Shown piece by piece: positions 59,416 to 64,000 of a stretch of 64,000 bases of DNA. The translations under genes and the position numbers were made by a program. How positions within the stretch are numbered: position 1 is the first letter of the stretch; each line of letters starts with the position of its first letter. The notes beneath the pieces are model-generated. The model saw only the letters and a program-made list of their open reading frames with translations, ran no database searches and was not told where the DNA came from. The stretch is taken from positions 467 through 64,466 of the forward strand of contig SIAO01000002.1 in NCBI GenBank assembly GCA_009691765.1, written 5' to 3'. This DNA comes from Planctomycetota bacterium. Its GTDB lineage: Bacteria; Planctomycetota; GCA-002687715.

Positions 59416-62139
59416 ATGAAGAAGAACTTTGCGCCGACTGCTCGCGCAGCGGTCTTGGCTCTCGTGGTCATCTCATCGTTTGCCGCGCTCACCACGGGTT
59501 GCAGTGGCGGGAGCGATTCTGGTCCGGGAATACCGCCCGCCGGCCCCAATGCGCTGCTGCGCATCAACGCCGCTGGCATACCTGCGCCGCTTTGGGAATA
59601 CAGCACGGGTGCTAGCCCGGGATGTGTCAGTCCGGTGGCACTGAATGCCACGCTCATTTTTCTCTTCAGCGGCCCAGTAGATGCCTCGACGCTGCCGCAG
59701 AGTGGCATCGCGTTGGGGTCCATCAATGTGACGACAATCGCGGCGCAAGTCACGCCAGCCCAAGGGACGTTCACGGTCCAAGACGATCCATCCCTGCCCG
59801 CTGGAAATCTGCGGCGCGTCTTGTTCTTGCCGACGCCTCCGACGGATCCGAACAACCCCACGGTTGCCGGTTTCCTCACAAACAGCAATTACAGCATTCA
59901 GCTCTTCGGCGGCGGCGGTGCAGGGCAGTCCGTCGTAGTCGGTGGCGCTCCGCTGGCGAGCAGTGCCAGCACTTGCTTCTTCACATGCAATCCGCCAATA
60001 GGTAATTCCAATTTGTGTTTCACGGATCCTGTCGCAGGTCCGCCGCATGTCGTCAGCACAACTCCAGGCACCGCTGATCCTTCGCCTGCGGCGATTCTGC
60101 CCAACAGCATTGCCAGCAACACCATCAGCCTCTATTTGAGCGAGCCCATCGCACCGGCCAACGTCGATCTCGCCAATGTGCGACTCTTGCGCCAACCATC
60201 AGGCGCACAGGTTCCCGGCCAAGTGATCTTCTACCAAGCAGGCTCCGTACAAGCCTCGCAAGGCGGCACCGGCGGCGCGCGCATCGACTATGTGGCGGCG
60301 GGCCCGTTGCTCTCGAGCGCGTTGTATGAATTGCAAGTGAGTACTGCGGTACGTGACTTCGGCAACAACTCCCTCAGCCTCTACGCGCCGGGCACCGCGC
60401 CGCTCAGCGGCAAGCGCTTCTTCAGCACGGTCGCAGTTCCGTTCTGCCCTCAGCCCGCGATCGTTGAAGATTTCAGCACTGTCATCAACCGCTTTAGCGT
60501 GTCCGGTGTTGTGCAGTGGAATGGAGGCGTAGGCGCAACGCTTAATGCAATCCTCCCGACGGAATACGTAGGAAGCGGACTCTTCGGCGCCATGACTTTC
60601 GCGGCAGGCGCACACACCCTCGACACTGGACTCGCGGCCAGTACTGGATATGCACAAGGTGTGTGGAACACGACGGCCGTCACTGTGAATGCTGGTGCCG
60701 TCGTGCGCATCATCGGCACGGGCACAGGCAACGCCAATACGGCTCCTGCAGGATGGACTCAAGGTGGGCTTCCACTCACCATCGTTCGTGGCGCGCTCAC
60801 CAACAGGTATCCAGCGCACATTCGCTCACGTGGCACGGTCGTCATCAACGGTCAGCTCAACGGCAGCGCAGGCACCAACGCCACGGCAACGTTTGCTTAC
60901 GGCGCGGCTGAGCAAGGCCCGCGCCTCGGCAATTTCAACAACGGTTCGGGAACGGCTCCCAACATCGTTGCGGGTGGCATGGGCGGCCCAGGCGCTGGTG
61001 AAGGCGGACGCGCCTCGCAAACCGGAGCAGTGCGCACCGATCGCGGAGAACCAGGCTATGGCGCTCCGGTCAGCGGCACTCAGAATGTCGGTCCAGCCGG
61101 CGCGAATCCGCACTATGGCGGCGGCAACGGCGGGAAAGGCAACTTCCGCAATCCTGGCGCAGGTGTTCCAGGTGATCTCGGCGGCCTCGGCGGCGCAGGT
61201 GGCTCGTCATTCCAGCCCGGCGTCAACGGCGGTCCAACGGCAACGCTCGCTTTGGGATGCACTGCATTCGTCCCCACTTCTGGCTCGCCCGGATATACGG
61301 CCGCATTGTCTTCAGGCCAACCTTCGGCTTTCAGCACTCCCATCTTGACGCAGAGCGCAGGTTCTGGTGGCGGCGGTGGTGGCGATCGCTGGGAAACAGC
61401 CGGCGTGTCCGCTGATGACCAAGGCGCCGGTGGCGGTGGCGGTGGCGGTGGCCTGCGCATCAGCGCCGTCGGCACCATCACGGTCGGTGCAACGGGCATC
61501 ATCGCAATGAACGGCGCTACCGGAGCAGCAGGCAGCAGCTTCTTCGGCGGAGCTGGCGGCGGGGGCTCAGGTGGCCAGATTTGGCTACAATCCTTCGACC
61601 AACTCGTGGTAGCCAACAGTGCCAACATGACGGTGAACGGCGGTGGCGGTGCCAACGCCTGCGGCGATCAATCGTCGGGCGTCGGCGGCCGAGGTGTGTA
61701 TCAATTCGAGGATTCCGACGGCATCGTCAACACGCAGTTCATCGGCGGCAGTACAGCCAACGGCAACATCTCAACCATCCTGTTCCCTTTCAGCACGACT
61801 GTGAGCGGCGCAGCAGTTTCGAACTACTTCGACCTTGGTTACGGCTCACCAGATATCACAAGCATCGTGACGAACTTTGCGCTGGGAAACGCTCCGGGAG
61901 CGGCGGTCAATATCACCTTCCAAGGCGCCTTCGAGGCGCTGTCAGGTGGCGGACCGGATCCGACAACACTTTCAGCTCCGGTATCTGCCGGCAATTTCAA
62001 CCAGTTGGATGGCTATCGCTTCGTCCGCTTCACGGCCGTCATCAGCTACAGCACGCAGGCCTTGTTGCAGCCGATTCCACCAACGCTGCCGAGCGTTTCG
62101 CTCGTCAGCATCGCGTTCAACACGCCCTGCTCCCCCTGA
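59416..62139 (+). CDS. large (907-aa) lipoprotein with Ig-like N-terminal region and a glycine-rich block
   Basis: ATG 59416 with lipobox 'AALTTGC'. N-terminal beta-rich region with repeated 'P..G.....V......P.A' segments. Gly-rich segment 'GGGGGGDRW..GAGGGGGGGGLRISAVGTITVGATGIIAMNGATGAAGSSFFGGAGGGGSGGQIWLQS'. Confidence 0.72.
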   Translation: MKKNFAPTARAAVLALVVISSFAALTTGCSGGSDSGPGIPPAGPNALLRINAAGIPAPLWEYSTGASPGCVSPVALNATLIFLFSGPVDASTLPQSGIALGSINVTTIAAQVTPAQGTFTVQDDPSLPAGNLRRVLFLPTPPTDPNNPTVAGFLTNSNYSIQLFGGGGAGQSVVVGGAPLASSASTCFFTCNPPIGNSNLCFTDPVAGPPHVVSTTPGTADPSPAAILPNSIASNTISLYLSEPIAPANVDLANVRLLRQPSGAQVPGQVIFYQAGSVQASQGGTGGARIDYVAAGPLLSSALYELQVSTAVRDFGNNSLSLYAPGTAPLSGKRFFSTVAVPFCPQPAIVEDFSTVINRFSVSGVVQWNGGVGATLNAILPTEYVGSGLFGAMTFAAGAHTLDTGLAASTGYAQGVWNTTAVTVNAGAVVRIIGTGTGNANTAPAGWTQGGLPLTIVRGALTNRYPAHIRSRGTVVINGQLNGSAGTNATATFAYGAAEQGPRLGNFNNGSGTAPNIVAGGMGGPGAGEGGRASQTGAVRTDRGEPGYGAPVSGTQNVGPAGANPHYGGGNGGKGNFRNPGAGVPGDLGGLGGAGGSSFQPGVNGGPTATLALGCTAFVPTSGSPGYTAALSSGQPSAFSTPILTQSAGSGGGGGGDRWETAGVSADDQGAGGGGGGGGLRISAVGTITVGATGIIAMNGATGAAGSSFFGGAGGGGSGGQIWLQSFDQLVVANSANMTVNGGGGANACGDQSSGVGGRGVYQFEDSDGIVNTQFIGGSTANGNISTILFPFSTTVSGAAVSNYFDLGYGSPDITSIVTNFALGNAPGAAVNITFQGAFEALSGGGPDPTTLSAPVSAGNFNQLDGYRFVRFTAVISYSTQALLQPIPPTLPSVSLVSIAFNTPCSP

Positions 62140-62377
62140 TCCGCTTCGCATGAAGCGCACGCCGGCCTCGGCTCCCTCTGGGATCCGGGGTCGGTTCACT
62201 TTTGATGCATGCAAATACTGAATGAGCCGCGTTGTCGTGCGCGCGGGTTCCGCATGTCCTGAAGGGGTTCCGTATTTCGGCTCGGATGCCTCGAACGAAA
62301 TACTCCACCCCCACAGGACCATGCTCCACCTGCGCGCACTCTTGCCACGGCGAGCGGGCTGCGTGCGGCCACGTCGA

Positions 62378-63421
62378 TCACGAGCCGACAACGCGATCGA
62401 AAACACCGCGTGCAACAGCAGGATCCCCTGTGCCGGAGACAAGCGCACGTCCATCGTCGAAGAGTGTGAGATCCAAGCCCTCAGCACATACGCGCAGCAC
62501 CCAACCATTGTGCGTCACTGTGAAATGCTGCTCGAGTCGCCGTGCGAGAGCATTCAAGTCAACACTCCCTGCAACATTCCCACGCCGCAGCTGCACCGAA
62601 TTGCGTCCGCAAAGCACCGCGGCCTTCGCTGCGCGCGCGCCCTCAGCGAATTCAAATTTGCGTTGGCCACATGCAGGGCAATCGGCGCGTGGTGTTGGCT
62701 TGGCGCCGCCTAACTCGACAAGGCGCCACGGCCACATCTCGACCTGCAAGAGCGTGCGCCGCAGCGCTGCGGTATCACCGCACAGAAGTTTGAGAGCCTC
62801 ACCCGCTTGAAGTGAAGCAATCAATGCTGCCACAGGGGCGATGATCCCGGCCGACTCACAGGTCTCAAGAGTTCCAAGCGGCGGCGGATCCGGAAACAAG
62901 CAACGCAAACACGGAGTCTCGCCGGGTAGAACCACGGCGGTCATGCCGCTGGCGCCGACGCACGCGCCATAAATCCACGGGATGCCCGCGCGCACGCACA
63001 GGTCGTTGATGAGGTAGCGCGCCTCGAGGTTGTCTGTGCCGTCCAAAACAAGTTGGCAGCCATCGAGCAGCGCTGGCGCCGTCGCCGCCTCGAAATCCGC
63101 GACATGCGGCTCGATTTCCACTTCTGGATTGAAGCTGCGCAGATGCTCAGCGAGAGCAGCGGCCTTCGGCAGCCCCATGTCAGCATCGCGCTGCGTGTAA
63201 GTGGCTTGGCGTCCGAGGTTGGTGGCATCCACGATGTCGCGGTCCACCAAACGCAAATGGCCCACACCTGAACGCACGAGAATCTCAGCCAATCCGGCGC
63301 CCAGGGCTCCGCAGCCCACAAGGACCACGCGTGCGGCCAGCAGTTTGCTCTGGCCCGCAATGCCAACCCGCGGGAAGCGGATCTGGCGGGTGTAACGGAG
63401 CGGGAACGTGGCGCGATCCAT
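62378..63421 (-). CDS. ThiF/MoeB/HesA-family adenylyltransferase (E1-like) with a C-terminal extension
   Basis: 'RYTRQIRF..G..GQ.KL..ARVVLVGCGALGAGLAEILVRSGVGHLRLVDRDIVDATNLGRQ'. Zn-site Cys pairs 'CLRC' and 'CPAC'. Long-ThiF-like C-terminal tail '..VLCGRNSVQL....LFDDGRALVSGT'. Confidence 0.88.
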   Translation of the reverse strand: MDRATFPLRYTRQIRFPRVGIAGQSKLLAARVVLVGCGALGAGLAEILVRSGVGHLRLVDRDIVDATNLGRQATYTQRDADMGLPKAAALAEHLRSFNPEVEIEPHVADFEAATAPALLDGCQLVLDGTDNLEARYLINDLCVRAGIPWIYGACVGASGMTAVVLPGETPCLRCLFPDPPPLGTLETCESAGIIAPVAALIASLQAGEALKLLCGDTAALRRTLLQVEMWPWRLVELGGAKPTPRADCPACGQRKFEFAEGARAAKAAVLCGRNSVQLRRGNVAGSVDLNALARRLEQHFTVTHNGWVLRVCAEGLDLTLFDDGRALVSGTGDPAVARGVFDRVVGS

Positions 63422-63450
63422 GGTGGAGGAATGTGCTGTTGCACCGTACC

Positions 63451-64000
63451 ATGCTGCCGCCCGCGGAGCGCGGAGCAGAGCGAGGACTCCCCTTGATCGC
63501 CGATTCTTCGAGCCACTTCAAGCTGTTCAGGGTTCTCTGGTTCCCTCTATCGGTGAACGCAATCCTGTTGGGCGCTGCATCCATCGTCGTTTTTCATCTA
63601 GGAACGATGTTGGCCTGCGCGTTGTTTGCAGACCCGATCGAAGCAGGACGCTTCACCGCAGACTTTCCTGCCAGTGCTCTGAATGTAGCGATGCTGCGCG
63701 GACTCCCTGCGGACACGCCTTTGGGCATCTTCTTGTTGCAAGTCTTGCTCGGTTTCGCGCTCTGGTCACTCTTCGGCGTCGCTATCTGTCGCGTGCTGGC
63801 GCTGCGCATCTGCCGTGATGAGTACTGCGACTTGGGTGGAGCCCTGCGCTACTCTTGGCGCGTGCGTCGCACTGGCATCCTGTTCCCCTTGGCCATCGCA
63901 CTCCCTGCATTGGCCCTCGGCAGCTTCAACGCTCTCGCGGGTCTCGTGTTTCAGATTCCCTGGGCGGGTTGGGTGCTCAGCGCCGTGTTGCTGCCGTTGA
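63451..64000 (+). CDS. membrane protein, 3'-truncated by the window edge (not in the supplied ORF track)
   Basis: My own translation of the frame containing nt 63493 is open to the window end: '..LIADSSSHFKLFRVLWFPLSVNAILLGAASIVVFHLGTMLACALF..LGIFLLQVLLGFALWSLFGVAICRVLALRI..GILFPLAIALPALALGSFNALAGLVFQIPWAGWVLSAVLLPL'. It has several TM-like segments and G/C-rich third positions. Start uncertain (ATG 63430, ATG 63451 or TTG 63493). Confidence 0.5.
   Translation, partial: MLPPAERGAERGLPLIADSSSHFKLFRVLWFPLSVNAILLGAASIVVFHLGTMLACALFADPIEAGRFTADFPASALNVAMLRGLPADTPLGIFLLQVLLGFALWSLFGVAICRVLALRICRDEYCDLGGALRYSWRVRRTGILFPLAIALPALALGSFNALAGLVFQIPWAGWVLSAVLLPL

Noticed and set aside
62140-62377. Small ORFs and repeats downstream of ThiF as a possible ThiS-like gene or terminator. 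The repeats are GGGTTCCG twice at 62245-72, a GTATTTCG/CGAAATAC stem at 62272-62302, and a CGCTTC-GCAT-GAAGCG hairpin at 62142-57.
   Set aside because: No ORF has a beta-grasp-like sequence or a C-terminal GG. The hairpins lack U-tracts. Nothing here supports more than generic convergent-gene spacer structure.

Overview
GC-rich bacterial chromosomal segment of about 55 tightly packed genes. Many neighbouring genes overlap at their stop and start codons (ATGA or TGATG junctions), so TGA is a genuine stop codon here. Confident housekeeping calls are efp, alaS, mutS, cobalamin-dependent metH, one tRNA-Pro(GGG) and a 7Fe ferredoxin. There is also Met/Cys PLP metabolism, a NitT/TauT-type ABC transporter, CDF, MFS, TerC and AI-2E transporters, and a ThiF/MoeB-type E1-like enzyme. 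I found no rRNA, no CRISPR array, no intact mobile element and no recognisable defence or toxin-antitoxin module.

The accessory content is a set of signal-peptide proteins: FG-GAP/VCBS repeat proteins, a GSDH-like propeller, a LamG protein and a large lipoprotein. At least five of them end in the same roughly 100-aa C-terminal module, which I cannot name. Several paralogues are visibly decaying. Two have an in-frame TGA, two have a frameshift, and one is fused to the first ~73 codons of an IS5/IS1182-type transposase.

The other items worth a second look are:
- a ~0.86-kb gene-poor interval (29.87-30.86 kb, minus strand) with a promoter-like AT island, several very stable tetraloop hairpins, a Trp-rich 126-aa ORF and an intrinsic terminator;
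- an orphan SPPY DNA methyltransferase with a nuclease-fold-like tail;
- a hyper-acidic poly-Asp protein encoded on a (GAC)n tract;
- an ArsR-methyltransferase fusion translationally coupled to metH.

All calls come from reading motifs in the supplied translations and sequence. No database search was possible, so family names are motif-level inferences.
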